Below are positions 38,311 through 47,179 of a DNA stretch of 64,000 bases, piece by piece (position 1 is the first letter of the stretch; every line of letters begins with the position of its first letter). A program made the position numbers and the translations under genes. A model generated the notes under the pieces. That model was given only the letters and a program-made list of their open reading frames with translations, had not been told where the DNA came from and did not search any database. Origin of the DNA: Patescibacteria group bacterium (lineage in GTDB: Bacteria; Patescibacteriota; Patescibacteriia; XYB2-FULL-38-15); NCBI GenBank assembly GCA_041653675.1, contig JBAZEY010000002.1, forward strand, positions 12,315-76,314. Reading direction: 5' to 3'.

Positions 38311-38339
38311 CAACTTAACGCAAGTTTAACTCTGAGTCA
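38311..38339 (-). promoter_or_regulatory. Promoter TTGACT-17-TAAGTT for the RNHCP-rSAM operon, next to GTTGAgTCAAC palindrome
   Basis: Read on the minus strand. The palindrome lies at ~38303-38316. Confidence 0.4.
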
Positions 38340-38422
38340 AGCAGTAAAAATAACCCATTTCTCCAGCCCTTGATTTTTAAACCCATTTGTGCTAAATTAA
38401 ATACACAATTGTTCATCAAAAT

Positions 38423-38851
38423 ATGAACCCGCTACAAACGGAAAAATCAAACGACAAAATCTGGAGGCAACTTTCCAATCTCTGGACTTTCGCGGCCATG
38501 GGATTTTTCATGTTTGATTTTTTCACAAACGACAAATACAGCGGATACGCCGCGGCAATCTCAATTATTTACATTTCTATCCTTGGCCTTTATGCCGGCA
38601 CAAAAGAATTTGATCGCTGGCAAGATTCCCATTTTCCAAAACGCAAGGGCGAATTTTTCGTTATCCTCTGGACAGTTTTAATCTTTTTCTTTATCATTAC
38701 CGCAATAGTCTCTGGTGGAAAATATAAGATGCCTTCGGAGTTTACGGCAACCTATATCGCGCTTTTATCCATCTTCGCCTTGACACAAAGGTCAAAATTC
38801 CTGCATAATCAAAAAGAGCAAAATATTATTAATCAAAACAATAATCAATAA
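38423..38851 (+). CDS. Hypothetical membrane protein (4 TM)
   Basis: Hydrophobic helices. No family recognised. Confidence 0.4.
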   Translation: MNPLQTEKSNDKIWRQLSNLWTFAAMGFFMFDFFTNDKYSGYAAAISIIYISILGLYAGTKEFDRWQDSHFPKRKGEFFVILWTVLIFFFIITAIVSGGKYKMPSEFTATYIALLSIFALTQRSKFLHNQKEQNIINQNNNQ

Positions 38852-38853
38852 TT

Positions 38854-39111
38854 ATGAAAAAGGACACCCATCCAGAATATTATCCAAAAGCAAAGGTGAC
38901 TTGCGCCTGCGGCAATTCTTTTACTGTTGGCTCGACCACGAAGGAAATCAAGGTTGAGTTATGTTCTGCCTGCCATCCATTTTACACTGGCAAACAAAAA
39001 CTCGTTGACTCGGCGAGACGCGTCGAGAAATTCAAAGAAAAAATGGAAAAGAAGGCAGCCATTTCCGCGACGAAAAAAGAAAAGAAGCCGAGAGCGAAAA
39101 AAACAAAGTAG
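38854..39111 (+). CDS. rpmE: 50S ribosomal protein L31 with Lys-rich C-terminal extension
   Basis: HPEYY...CACG...[13 protein letters not shown] motif. Confidence 0.85.
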   Translation: MKKDTHPEYYPKAKVTCACGNSFTVGSTTKEIKVELCSACHPFYTGKQKLVDSARRVEKFKEKMEKKAAISATKKEKKPRAKKTK

Positions 39112-39187
39112 TTATTCCAATCATAAAAAACATGGTGACATTTTTGTTATCATGTTTTTATGTTAGAATAAACTAATAAATTTAATT

Positions 39188-40225
39188 ATGATTCCGGAAA
39201 TCATTAAAGCTGAAGAAAAATTCAAGGAACTTGAGGCCGAGCTCGCTCGCCCCGAGGTGGTTTCTGATCGGGAAAAGTTAAAAAAAGTTTCCCAAGAATA
39301 TAGTGATTTGAAAGAAGTAATGGAAAAAATAAATAAATTCCACGCGCTGGAAAAAGCCGCGGTTGAAACGGAAGTTATCGCCAAACAAGATGTTCCCGAA
39401 ATGGCCGCGATTGCTAAAGAAGAATTGGAAAAAATTCGGCAAGAAAGATCAGTGCTCGAAGCGGAAATCAAAGAAGAGCTGACGCCGAAAGATCCGCTGG
39501 ACAAAAGAAATATTATTGTGGAAATCCGCGCCGGTGCCGGCGGCGACGAAGCCGCGCTTTTTGCCGCGCAACTTTTCCGAATGTATTCCAGATTTGCTGA
39601 ACGAAAAGGTTGGCAGGCAAGGTTAATTTCCGCCAACCGCACCGATCTTGGCGGGTTTAAAGAAATTATTTTTTCAGTTATTGGCAAAGGCGCGTGGGGA
39701 AATTTAAAATTTGAAAGCGGTGTGCATCGCGTCCAGCGCGTTCCGGATACGGAAAAAAGCGGCCGCGTCCATACCTCCACCGCTTCCGTCGCCGTCCTTC
39801 CCGAAACTGAAGAAATTGATATTAAAATTGAACCAAAAGATTTGCGCATTGATACCTTTTTATCCGGCGGCCACGGCGGGCAGAGCGTGCAAACGACATA
39901 TTCCGCGGTGCGCATTACTCATATTCCGTCAGGCCTTGTTGTCGCCTGCCAAGACGAACGCTCCCAGCAGCAAAACCGCGAAAAAGCCATGCAGGTTTTG
40001 CGTTCCCGCCTTTTTGTAATGGAGCAAGAAAAACGCCAGGCGGCGGAAGTCGCGGCGCGGCGTTCACAGATTGGTTCGGCAATGCGCGCGGAAAAAATCA
40101 GAACATACAATTTTCCTCAAGACCGCGTTTCCGACCATCGCGTCAAAGAAAGCTGGCACAATATTAATAACGTAATGGACGGTGAGCTAGATCAAATTAT
40201 TGAAGTACTAAAAAAGGAAATATAA
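39188..40225 (+). CDS. prfA: Peptide chain release factor 1
   Basis: GGQ motif ([12 protein letters not shown]), PxT-region architecture and overall length. Confidence 0.9.
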   Translation: MIPEIIKAEEKFKELEAELARPEVVSDREKLKKVSQEYSDLKEVMEKINKFHALEKAAVETEVIAKQDVPEMAAIAKEELEKIRQERSVLEAEIKEELTPKDPLDKRNIIVEIRAGAGGDEAALFAAQLFRMYSRFAERKGWQARLISANRTDLGGFKEIIFSVIGKGAWGNLKFESGVHRVQRVPDTEKSGRVHTSTASVAVLPETEEIDIKIEPKDLRIDTFLSGGHGGQSVQTTYSAVRITHIPSGLVVACQDERSQQQNREKAMQVLRSRLFVMEQEKRQAAEVAARRSQIGSAMRAEKIRTYNFPQDRVSDHRVKESWHNINNVMDGELDQIIEVLKKEI

Positions 40226-40239
40226 AAAATTAAAAAATA

Positions 40240-40265
40240 ATCCGGCCGCAAGGCCGGTTTTTTGA
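40240..40265 (+). terminator. prfA intrinsic terminator ccggccgcaaggccgg + T-run
   Basis: Perfect 6-bp GC stem followed by TTTTTTG. Confidence 0.6.
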
Positions 40266-40280
40266 TATAAATTTTGACAT

Positions 40281-40592
40281 AAAAAAAGAGTCGGTCGAAC
40301 GAGGTGTTCGACCGACGGGCACAACGCGAAACGTAGCGGTGTGCAAAGAAGGGTGACCTCCGTACCCGCTAAAAGCGGATTTGGAGGATCGAAAACGCGG
40401 GGGAGATTTCAGCCCACCTGCATAACAGGCAAGCCGGGTTCCTGCTGGCCACCCCTGGGTCCTTCCTCCACGAGATCATCCGCGCTTCAACGCGCGGCTT
40501 CCACTCGAGGACTCCGGATTTGGGATGAGAAAAAATTACCCACGACGCCAGTGCGCTGCCGGCATCAACCGAACAGGACTCCCCTTTACCCT
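40281..40592 (-). ncRNA. Candidate ~300-nt GC-rich noncoding RNA transcribed from the minus-strand half of the palindromic divergent promoter, ending at a minus-strand intrinsic terminator (hairpin 40290-40316 + T7)
   Basis: No convincing ORF in any frame. Promoter TTGACA-17-TAAAGT on the minus strand. Terminator gtcggtcgaacacctcgttcgaccgac-TCTTTTTTT on the minus strand. Multiple internal GC hairpins. Confidence 0.35.
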
Positions 40593-40599
40593 GCACTGC

Positions 40600-40664
40600 A
40601 CTTTAACATAATTATCAAAATTTGTCAAGAGTCTCTTGACAAATTCATCTTTTTGTAATATTAT
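40600..40664. promoter_or_regulatory. Divergent promoter pair sharing a perfect 27-bp palindrome AATTTGTCAAGAG-T-CTCTTGACAAATT (40619-40645); plus-strand TTGACA-17-TATTAT, minus-strand TTGACA-17-TAAAGT
   Basis: Both -35 hexamers lie within the palindrome arms. Spacers are exactly 17 nt. Confidence 0.5.
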
Positions 40665-40788
40665 AAAAACATCAAAACAGGGTGGCCTTGTGTTCTTGGC
40701 GCGTGCCAGAAACGCAAGGAAGGTGGCCCTAAGCCTCGGCCTGATGGACAGGACGAGTTGATAATAGGGAAGGTAGTGGAGGACAGAG

Positions 40789-41004
40789 ATGTCGAGTAGT
40801 GTTTTCTGGGACGACGGTACAAGGCTCTCAGCGGACGGTGTCCCCATCATCCCCGATGGTGCGGGACCGCGCGAGATTTCACAGCGCCGCAGGACGAGCA
40901 GACAGCTCGACGACTTCTTCCCCGACTGGGAGGAGGAACACCGCCGGAACGAGGAAGCCAGGCGGCGCGACCGCGACCGCCGTCGTGATGGCGTCCGCTG
41001 CTAA
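40789..41004 (+). CDS. GC-rich 71-aa Arg/Asp-rich small protein
   Basis: SD GGAGGA 6 nt before the ATG. Strong terminator downstream. About 125-nt structured leader. Confidence 0.45.
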   Translation: MSSSVFWDDGTRLSADGVPIIPDGAGPREISQRRRTSRQLDDFFPDWEEEHRRNEEARRRDRDRRRDGVRC

Positions 41005-41162
41005 CACCAGCCCCAGCCCACCCACCAACAACGTGAGAACGCGCGAGCAATCGCTCGTCCTCCGTCCGAATTTACGCCGCCCCTCCCGGACTCGGCGTAA
41101 GAGCCCGCGTAGCGGATCGCAGGGGACATGAGTCCCGCCTCCCTCCCCGCTGCCGGGCGACC

Positions 41163-41222
41163 AGCCCGTGGATTGTTTTGGAGACCTCCCCTCCTCCGAA
41201 CAATCCACGGGCTCTTTTTTAT
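41163..41222 (+). terminator. Intrinsic terminator (agcccgtggattgtt ... aacaatccacgggct + T-run)
   Basis: 15-bp perfect stem followed by CTTTTTTATT. Confidence 0.6.
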
Positions 41223-41391
41223 TATCAAGCGAGTGAGAGAAATGAACTTATTCATTTCCGAGCGAGCGCAGATAACACGGAGTATTATCAAGCGAGTGAG
41301 AGAAATGAACTTATTCATTTCCGAGCGCCCGGCCTCGCCGAAGACGGCAAGTCGAGGCGGGAGCGCAGATAACGCGCAGTATGTTATAATG
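41223..41391 (+). promoter_or_regulatory. Tandem 42-bp direct repeats each containing 20-bp palindrome GAAATGAA-CTTA-TTCATTTC, plus repeated AGCGCAGATAAC(A/G)CG(G/C)AGTAT motif, ending in extended -10 TGTTATAAT just upstream of prmC
   Basis: Units at 41223-41264 and 41286-41327 are identical. Centre-to-centre spacing is 63 bp. TGTTATAAT at 41383-41391. Confidence 0.5.
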
Positions 41392-41396
41392 ATCCT

Positions 41397-42257
41397 ATGA
41401 CTATCCAAAAATATTTAATTTGGGCGATAAAAACTTTACAAAAAAATAAAATCGTCTCCCCAGCTCTCGATGCCGAGGTTCTTTTATCTTTTGTTATAAA
41501 AAAACCAAAAGAATTTTTATACGCGCATTCTGAAAAAAAATTAACTGCGGTACAAATTTCAAAGTTTAAAAAACTCATTATCTGCCGAGCAAAGCACGAG
41601 CCGGTCGCCTATATTATTAGCCACAAATATTTTTACGGCTTGGATTTTTTTGTAAATAAAAATGTTTTGATCCCCCGCCCGGAAACGGAAATATTAGTTG
41701 AAACCACGATAGAGAAAAAACCAACCACGATTATTGACGTCGGAACGGGCAGTGGCGCCATTGCCGTAACGCTTGCACATAATTTACCCAATGCAAAAAT
41801 TTTCGCCACAGAAATCTCTTCGGCCGCTGCCAAAGTAGCGCAAAAAAATGCACGACATCACAAAACGAAAATTACATTTTTGCACGGCAATTTATTGCAA
41901 CCGTTTTCAAATCTAAAATCAAATATCACAAATCTTAAATCTTTGACGATAGCTGCCAATCTCCCCTATCTCACCACAAAACAATGGCAAAAATCCCAGC
42001 TAGAAATAAAAAAATACGAACCGCGGACGGCACTCGACGGCGGCGCGGACGGTTTAAAATATTATCGCGAACTTTTACAACAAATAGAATTGCTAATCAC
42101 TAGCCACAAATTATCCATTACTTCCGTTTTAGAAATTGATCCTTCCCAAAAAAAATCTATTGCGAAATTAATCAAACGCCGTTTTCCCTCCGCGAAAATA
42201 GAAATAAAAAAAGACCTCGCCGGCCGAGATCGAATCGTTATTTTTAAAATAAATTAA
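41397..42257 (+). CDS. prmC: Release factor glutamine N5-methyltransferase PrmC/HemK
   Basis: GTGSGAIAV motif I and NLPY (NPPY-variant) motif. Confidence 0.8.
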   Translation: MTIQKYLIWAIKTLQKNKIVSPALDAEVLLSFVIKKPKEFLYAHSEKKLTAVQISKFKKLIICRAKHEPVAYIISHKYFYGLDFFVNKNVLIPRPETEILVETTIEKKPTTIIDVGTGSGAIAVTLAHNLPNAKIFATEISSAAAKVAQKNARHHKTKITFLHGNLLQPFSNLKSNITNLKSLTIAANLPYLTTKQWQKSQLEIKKYEPRTALDGGADGLKYYRELLQQIELLITSHKLSITSVLEIDPSQKKSIAKLIKRRFPSAKIEIKKDLAGRDRIVIFKIN

Positions 42258-43354
42258 AATTCAATTTCTGTTCCAATTGGCACCACTTCAACCCAAGTCA
42301 CTCCCGGGTTGAATTTTATTTCCGCACCGCCTTCATCATAAAATTTCGTCCGATCTTCGCTCGTCTCTTTCTGCCAAGTTCCGTCTATCCGAACGCCATC
42401 TTGAAAAATAATTGCCTCACCAACGCCAGTTGTTTCAATATCTTTTCGCCCCACTCCGTCCAAAACTACCATCTGAGTAAACTGCACGGCAATATTTTTT
42501 GCCCGAACTTCCTCGCCATTTCTGTCTTGCTGAATTACGCCGGCTTGATATCTTAAATAATCGTTGCTTTCGCGGTCATATTGCCAGCCGACTTCATAAG
42601 TTTTTGTGGAAAAATAAACTTTAATTCTTTTTTCTTCTTCGGGGCGCGACTCTTCTGTCGCTTCATCTTTAAACTGCCAGGGCGTGAAACTTTTTATCTC
42701 GCCATCTTTCGCCGCAAAAGCTTCATTCAACAGTCCCGTTGATGTGTAAAGATTGTGTGGCATATATCTTGCTTTTGATCGCCAGAAAAATATGCCGTTT
42801 GCAAATTCATTCAAATCCCAAAAATCATATTGCGGAATCAAACGCAGCGCCTCTGGACTTCCTCCCGAATGAACATAAAGCGCACCAAATTCTTCGGCCC
42901 AATCAAGAAAATACGGCCGCGCGCTCCGAACTGGTCCGATTTCCGAAACTTCTCCGTTCGCCGCGTAAACCGCTAAAAATCTTGTGATGCCGGCCTCGGC
43001 TAAAGTTTCATAAACCAAATTAGCGCGGGCAACTCCGGAAAGCGGCCGAGCATCAATCATGTTTTCAATTTGCACGGCAAAAAGCGGCGGATTGATTTTT
43101 GTTTCATCTTCCATTTCCGCTCCATCAATCAATCGGTGAAATCCAGGGAGAGATTCTTCTTCACTCTGTTCAATATTCTGCTGTGTTTTTTCTTTTGAGA
43201 AAAAATCTAAAAAGGAAGTCCGGGACAGAAGAAAATATCCGCCAATAGCAACCACAAAAACTGAAATTAAAAGCAAAGAAACAACCAGCCAGATCGGCGG
43301 TTGTTTCTTCACAAAAGCAATTATTCTCAAAAATAATTCCTTTATAAATTTCAT
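42254..43354 (-). CDS. DUF3048-domain protein (YerB-like)
   Basis: N-terminal TM. The QIENMIDARPLSGVARANLVYE block is typical of DUF3048. Confidence 0.5.
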   Translation of the reverse strand: MKFIKELFLRIIAFVKKQPPIWLVVSLLLISVFVVAIGGYFLLSRTSFLDFFSKEKTQQNIEQSEEESLPGFHRLIDGAEMEDETKINPPLFAVQIENMIDARPLSGVARANLVYETLAEAGITRFLAVYAANGEVSEIGPVRSARPYFLDWAEEFGALYVHSGGSPEALRLIPQYDFWDLNEFANGIFFWRSKARYMPHNLYTSTGLLNEAFAAKDGEIKSFTPWQFKDEATEESRPEEEKRIKVYFSTKTYEVGWQYDRESNDYLRYQAGVIQQDRNGEEVRAKNIAVQFTQMVVLDGVGRKDIETTGVGEAIIFQDGVRIDGTWQKETSEDRTKFYDEGGAEIKFNPGVTWVEVVPIGTEIEF

Positions 43355-43365
43355 TTTGACTTTGG

Positions 43366-44076
43366 TTATTTTTTCTCTTCTTTTTTCTCGGTCTTTTTCT
43401 CGCCCTGAGCTTCCGGAGCAGCAGCCTCTTCCTCGCCCTCTTTCTTTTCTTTTTCCACAACGCCAACTTCTTCAACTTTCTCCACAATCGGCGTTTCGAG
43501 TTCAGCCTTTAATTCTTCCTCGGTCAAAGGCGCTTCAACCGCGGCGATAGTCGCGTTCATGTCAGATAAAATTTTCACACCGGAAGGCACTTTCAAATCT
43601 TTAATATGAATCCTGTCTTCAAAAGTTTTAAGTACAGAAAGATCAATTTCAATTTCGTGCACCAAATCTTGCGGCAAACATTCAATCTCTATTTTTTCCA
43701 TGCTATGCACAAAAGTACCGCCCAATTCTTTAACTGCCGGCGACTCATTAATAAATTTCAAGAGTGCGTCCACTTTGATCTTTTCCGTCATCTTAATTTG
43801 GCGGAAATCAACGTGCGCGAGTTTCCCGGTTAAGGGGTCTGCTTGCACTTCCTGAATCAAAACTTTAACCGGCGCAGTTTCATCAATTTTTAAATCGATA
43901 AGTGTGCTTTCTCCGGCTTCTTTATAAAGTTTATTGAAAGGAAGATACTCCACAGCCAAATTTTGGGACGGCACGTCTTTACCGTAAATAACGGCCGGAA
44001 TCAAATTTTGCTTACGGAGATTCTTTACTCCCTTTCCAGTCACCTCTCGTTTTTTGACATTTAGACTCAAGGTCAT
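43366..44076 (-). CDS. rplY: 50S ribosomal protein L25/general stress protein Ctc
   Basis: L25 N-terminal domain (REVTGKGVKNLRKQNLIPAVIYG) plus Ctc-type C-terminal domain and acidic tail. Confidence 0.8.
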   Translation of the reverse strand: MTLSLNVKKREVTGKGVKNLRKQNLIPAVIYGKDVPSQNLAVEYLPFNKLYKEAGESTLIDLKIDETAPVKVLIQEVQADPLTGKLAHVDFRQIKMTEKIKVDALLKFINESPAVKELGGTFVHSMEKIEIECLPQDLVHEIEIDLSVLKTFEDRIHIKDLKVPSGVKILSDMNATIAAVEAPLTEEELKAELETPIVEKVEEVGVVEKEKKEGEEEAAAPEAQGEKKTEKKEEKK

Positions 44077-44146
44077 AAGAATTCTCTGTTAACGAATTAA
44101 TTAATAATGATTAGATTCTAACAACAAACCCTAAAATAGTCAAGAA

Positions 44147-45241
44147 TTATGATCTTGCCGCGATACTCTCCAGAATTCCCACCATCGCCAAGTTTATGAC
44201 CAAAGCACTGCCGCCATAGCTTATAAAAGGCAGTGAAATGCCTGTCACTGGCGCCACGCCAACTGTCATTCCAACGTTAATAAAAATCTGAATCAAGAAG
44301 ACTATTGCCGTGCCAGCCGCAAAAAATAAGCTGAAATCATCTCGAGCGCGCCGCGCAATTCTAACAATCCGCCAAAAAATAACGCCCCAAAGAGCAATAA
44401 TTAAGGCCGATCCTAAAAAACCCAATTCTTCGCCTAATACGGCGAAAATAAAATCCGTCTGGCTTTCCGGAACAAAGCGCAATTGGCTTTGCGGCCCAAA
44501 ACCAATGCCGCGGCCAAGTATTTGCCCCGAACCCACGGCAATTTGCGCCTGAGTAATATTATATCCCCGGCCGAGCGGATCGCGCGAAGCGTCTAAAAAA
44601 CTTAAAATTCTTTCTTTTTGATAATCTTGAAATACAAAAAACCATGAACCAGCAAAAAGCGTCGCGACTAAAAGTAAAAGCAAGGCAAGATGAGACCGCT
44701 TAATGCCAATTAATAATAACATTCCGAGCCAGAGGAAAAAAAGAACTAGGGACGAGCCAAAATCCGGCTGAAGCAAAACTAAACCAATCAGTACGGCTGA
44801 AAAAAAACCGCTTATCGCGATGTGTTTAAAATTAAAAATCTCATGCGCCCCGCGGGAAAAATATTTCGCCAAAAAAATAATCATGGCGAGTTTCGCCAAT
44901 TCCACCGGCTGAAAATTAAACCATCCAAAACCAAACCATCCTTGCGTTCCGCGGATAACCCGGCCGAAAATCAAAACAGCGACGAGGAGCGCCGCGGCAA
45001 AGCCATAAATCGGAAAACTATAAAATTTCAGCCACTTATAGTCAATAATGCTCGCGATAAAAAACCCAACTAGGCCAACCAAAATAAAAATCGCTTGTTT
45101 TTTTAAATTTAAAAAATCTGGATCAGCCTTGCTTAGAGAAATGCTGTAAAGCGCGACCAAACTTAAAACCAAAAGCAAAAAAACTGAAGTGGCAAGCACC
45201 CAGTCAAAACGTTTTAAAAATGAAAAGTATCGGGAAAGCAT
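44147..45241 (-). CDS. SEDS-family peptidoglycan glycosyltransferase (FtsW/RodA)
   Basis: 10-TM topology and conserved SEDS motifs (GxxGxxxxxxQPSE-like region). Confidence 0.8.
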   Translation of the reverse strand: MLSRYFSFLKRFDWVLATSVFLLLVLSLVALYSISLSKADPDFLNLKKQAIFILVGLVGFFIASIIDYKWLKFYSFPIYGFAAALLVAVLIFGRVIRGTQGWFGFGWFNFQPVELAKLAMIIFLAKYFSRGAHEIFNFKHIAISGFFSAVLIGLVLLQPDFGSSLVLFFLWLGMLLLIGIKRSHLALLLLLVATLFAGSWFFVFQDYQKERILSFLDASRDPLGRGYNITQAQIAVGSGQILGRGIGFGPQSQLRFVPESQTDFIFAVLGEELGFLGSALIIALWGVIFWRIVRIARRARDDFSLFFAAGTAIVFLIQIFINVGMTVGVAPVTGISLPFISYGGSALVINLAMVGILESIAARS

Positions 45242-45301
45242 GATATTAAAAGCGAATTAGAAAAATAGCTAATTCGCCAATCAACTTCTCAATTAATTAA
45301 G

Positions 45302-46168
45302 CTAGTCCACCGGCATGAATACTTTCGGATCAAAAATATTCACTTCGGGCACAACTTTCACTTGCGTGATGGAAGGCAATGTTTCAAACCAACTTACTTC
45401 AACCAAACGATTTTGTCCAGAACGAAATTCTTCTAACGTGACGTAATTTATGCTGGCGATAGAACTCCCTCGATAAAGAAAAATTTCAAAACCAACATCC
45501 CAGAAACTGAAAGCTGTCGCATTTCGGACGGTAAAAGATGCTCGGCTGATGGGGATACTTTCGGCGACCGCAGCCGGTGTGAATTTCACGTCAGTGATGG
45601 GAAAATTTAAATGGTCATTTTGCCAGGCGGGATAATCGGAAATTTCGTGAGCGTCAATCCTTTGCCATTTTAAATTTTTTATTTCTAAAACTGCTTGCCG
45701 GGGTTTCGTTCCTGCCGAAACGCCAAGATCAAAAAGATATTTTTCCTCGCCCGGCAGAATAAATCCGCTCTTATCCGGCCGCGCCACGCCGTCCACTAAA
45801 AAATTGTAAGTAAATTCGGCGCGCCAATTCAAGGCGGAATTAAAAATTTTCCCGGAAAAATCATATCTTCCTTTTCCCGAAGAAAAAATCGTCGTTGTCC
45901 CTATCTCAATCCCTTTTGGCTGAATCGCGCTATTTATGGCGGAATAATCAACTCCGCGGCTCAATTCTCTCATCGCCAAATTAAAACTAGGGCCTTCAAT
46001 AAAATAATAATTAATCAAGCCGTAAAGGCCAAGTCCCCAAAAAATCGCGCAAAGAGAAATCAAAAAACCGATAAAAATTTTCTTCAACAAAATTTTATGG
46101 GAAACATACCACGAAGCGACTTTTAATTGACTTTCTGTAAAATCTGTCGGCTGATCTTGGATGGCCAT
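45302..46168 (-). CDS. Hypothetical protein with N-terminal TM anchor
   Basis: ORF. No family recognised. Confidence 0.4.
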   Translation of the reverse strand: MAIQDQPTDFTESQLKVASWYVSHKILLKKIFIGFLISLCAIFWGLGLYGLINYYFIEGPSFNLAMRELSRGVDYSAINSAIQPKGIEIGTTTIFSSGKGRYDFSGKIFNSALNWRAEFTYNFLVDGVARPDKSGFILPGEEKYLFDLGVSAGTKPRQAVLEIKNLKWQRIDAHEISDYPAWQNDHLNFPITDVKFTPAAVAESIPISRASFTVRNATAFSFWDVGFEIFLYRGSSIASINYVTLEEFRSGQNRLVEVSWFETLPSITQVKVVPEVNIFDPKVFMPVD

Positions 46169-46183
46169 ATTTTTATAATTAAT

Positions 46184-47047
46184 TTAATGCAATGATTTTG
46201 GCGCGGCTGAAGCAATAAATTCTAAAACATCCGCGTGAGATGAGACTATGCCTCTTGTTTTTTCGTCCAGATCTTCGCCGTGCTTTGCCATAAATCCTAA
46301 AACCTCACCAAAGTTTTTTAATTCTCTCCCCTCACCCAAGAATCCTTCGCGAATCAGAACATAGTTAATCGATTTCAGTAATTGTTTTTGGGCCGAAGTT
46401 ATAAACTCGTATTTTTCCCGAGCGTCTTCCACGGCATTTGACGGATCAGTCATTAATTTTTGCAAAGCAACCGTTTTTTCCGGACTTAATTCCAAAACAA
46501 TTCGCGGCATTTCCGCCTTTCCCCTGTTTCCATCCTGATCTTCAAAATATTTTATCTCGGTCATTTTTCCCCTGCCGAGTTTTTCAAAAATTTTATCCGT
46601 CTTGCGGAAGAGAACTTTTTCATCCGAGGAAGTCGTCGCGTCGATTGCGAGATGAACAAATTTATCAGTATCTTCGTCATGAAATGTCACGACAAAATCC
46701 GTACCATTCATTACGTCATCATATTCTGAAGTTTTTTCTACGGAAGTAACGCCGTCGCTAAACCAGCCATGAACTTTTATTCCTTCCATTAAAACATATT
46801 CCAAGGCGACCGCCTCGCTCCTCCGCTCATAAACATAATCCGGAGATTTTTTTATTTCCCCTACTCTTTTCATATCCCCCGCCACAACTTCCCGCGTGTA
46901 AGGCTGGCCGATAAATTTTTCCGGATTTGGCGATGAATTTTTCCAAGGCCGAGCGATTTCACGATTAAAATTTTCGTCGTCAGTTTGTCCCCAAACTCTC
47001 CGGCGATCCAACTCCGCCGCCATTCTGCCTTCAATTCCTACTGCCAT
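46184..47047 (-). CDS. Hypothetical protein
   Basis: ORF. No family recognised. Confidence 0.4.
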   Translation of the reverse strand: MAVGIEGRMAAELDRRRVWGQTDDENFNREIARPWKNSSPNPEKFIGQPYTREVVAGDMKRVGEIKKSPDYVYERRSEAVALEYVLMEGIKVHGWFSDGVTSVEKTSEYDDVMNGTDFVVTFHDEDTDKFVHLAIDATTSSDEKVLFRKTDKIFEKLGRGKMTEIKYFEDQDGNRGKAEMPRIVLELSPEKTVALQKLMTDPSNAVEDAREKYEFITSAQKQLLKSINYVLIREGFLGEGRELKNFGEVLGFMAKHGEDLDEKTRGIVSSHADVLEFIASAAPKSLH

Positions 47048-47179
47048 AATTAGAAAAATTAGATTGCGCTTTAATTATATCACAAAAATTTGGATAAAAA
47101 AACGGCCCCGCTTCATTTCCTTTGCTTTGTGAGCATCAGATTTGAAGCGAGGCCACGATCTACCTCCTACTTGAGCGCC

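Noticed and set aside
40281-40592. RNase P RNA assignment for the GC-rich transcript
   Set aside because: Only a loose match to the P4 3' strand (GCAGGAACCCGGCUUG). The universal GGAAAGUCC partner and correct positional arrangement are absent. Left as an unknown ncRNA candidate.
41223-41327. Mini-CRISPR (two identical 42-bp repeats with a 21-bp spacer)
   Set aside because: Only two units, followed by a second repeated motif and a promoter. The internal palindrome and the position upstream of prmC fit operator sites better.
40341-41408. Numerous overlapping ORFs (40341..40658, 40369..40596, 40536..40850, 40799..41131, 40847..41050, 40879..41208, 41001..41408)
   Set aside because: All are low-complexity and mutually overlapping with no SD. 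Only 40789..41004 has an SD and a terminator. The rest is better explained as noncoding: a candidate ncRNA, a leader and repeats.
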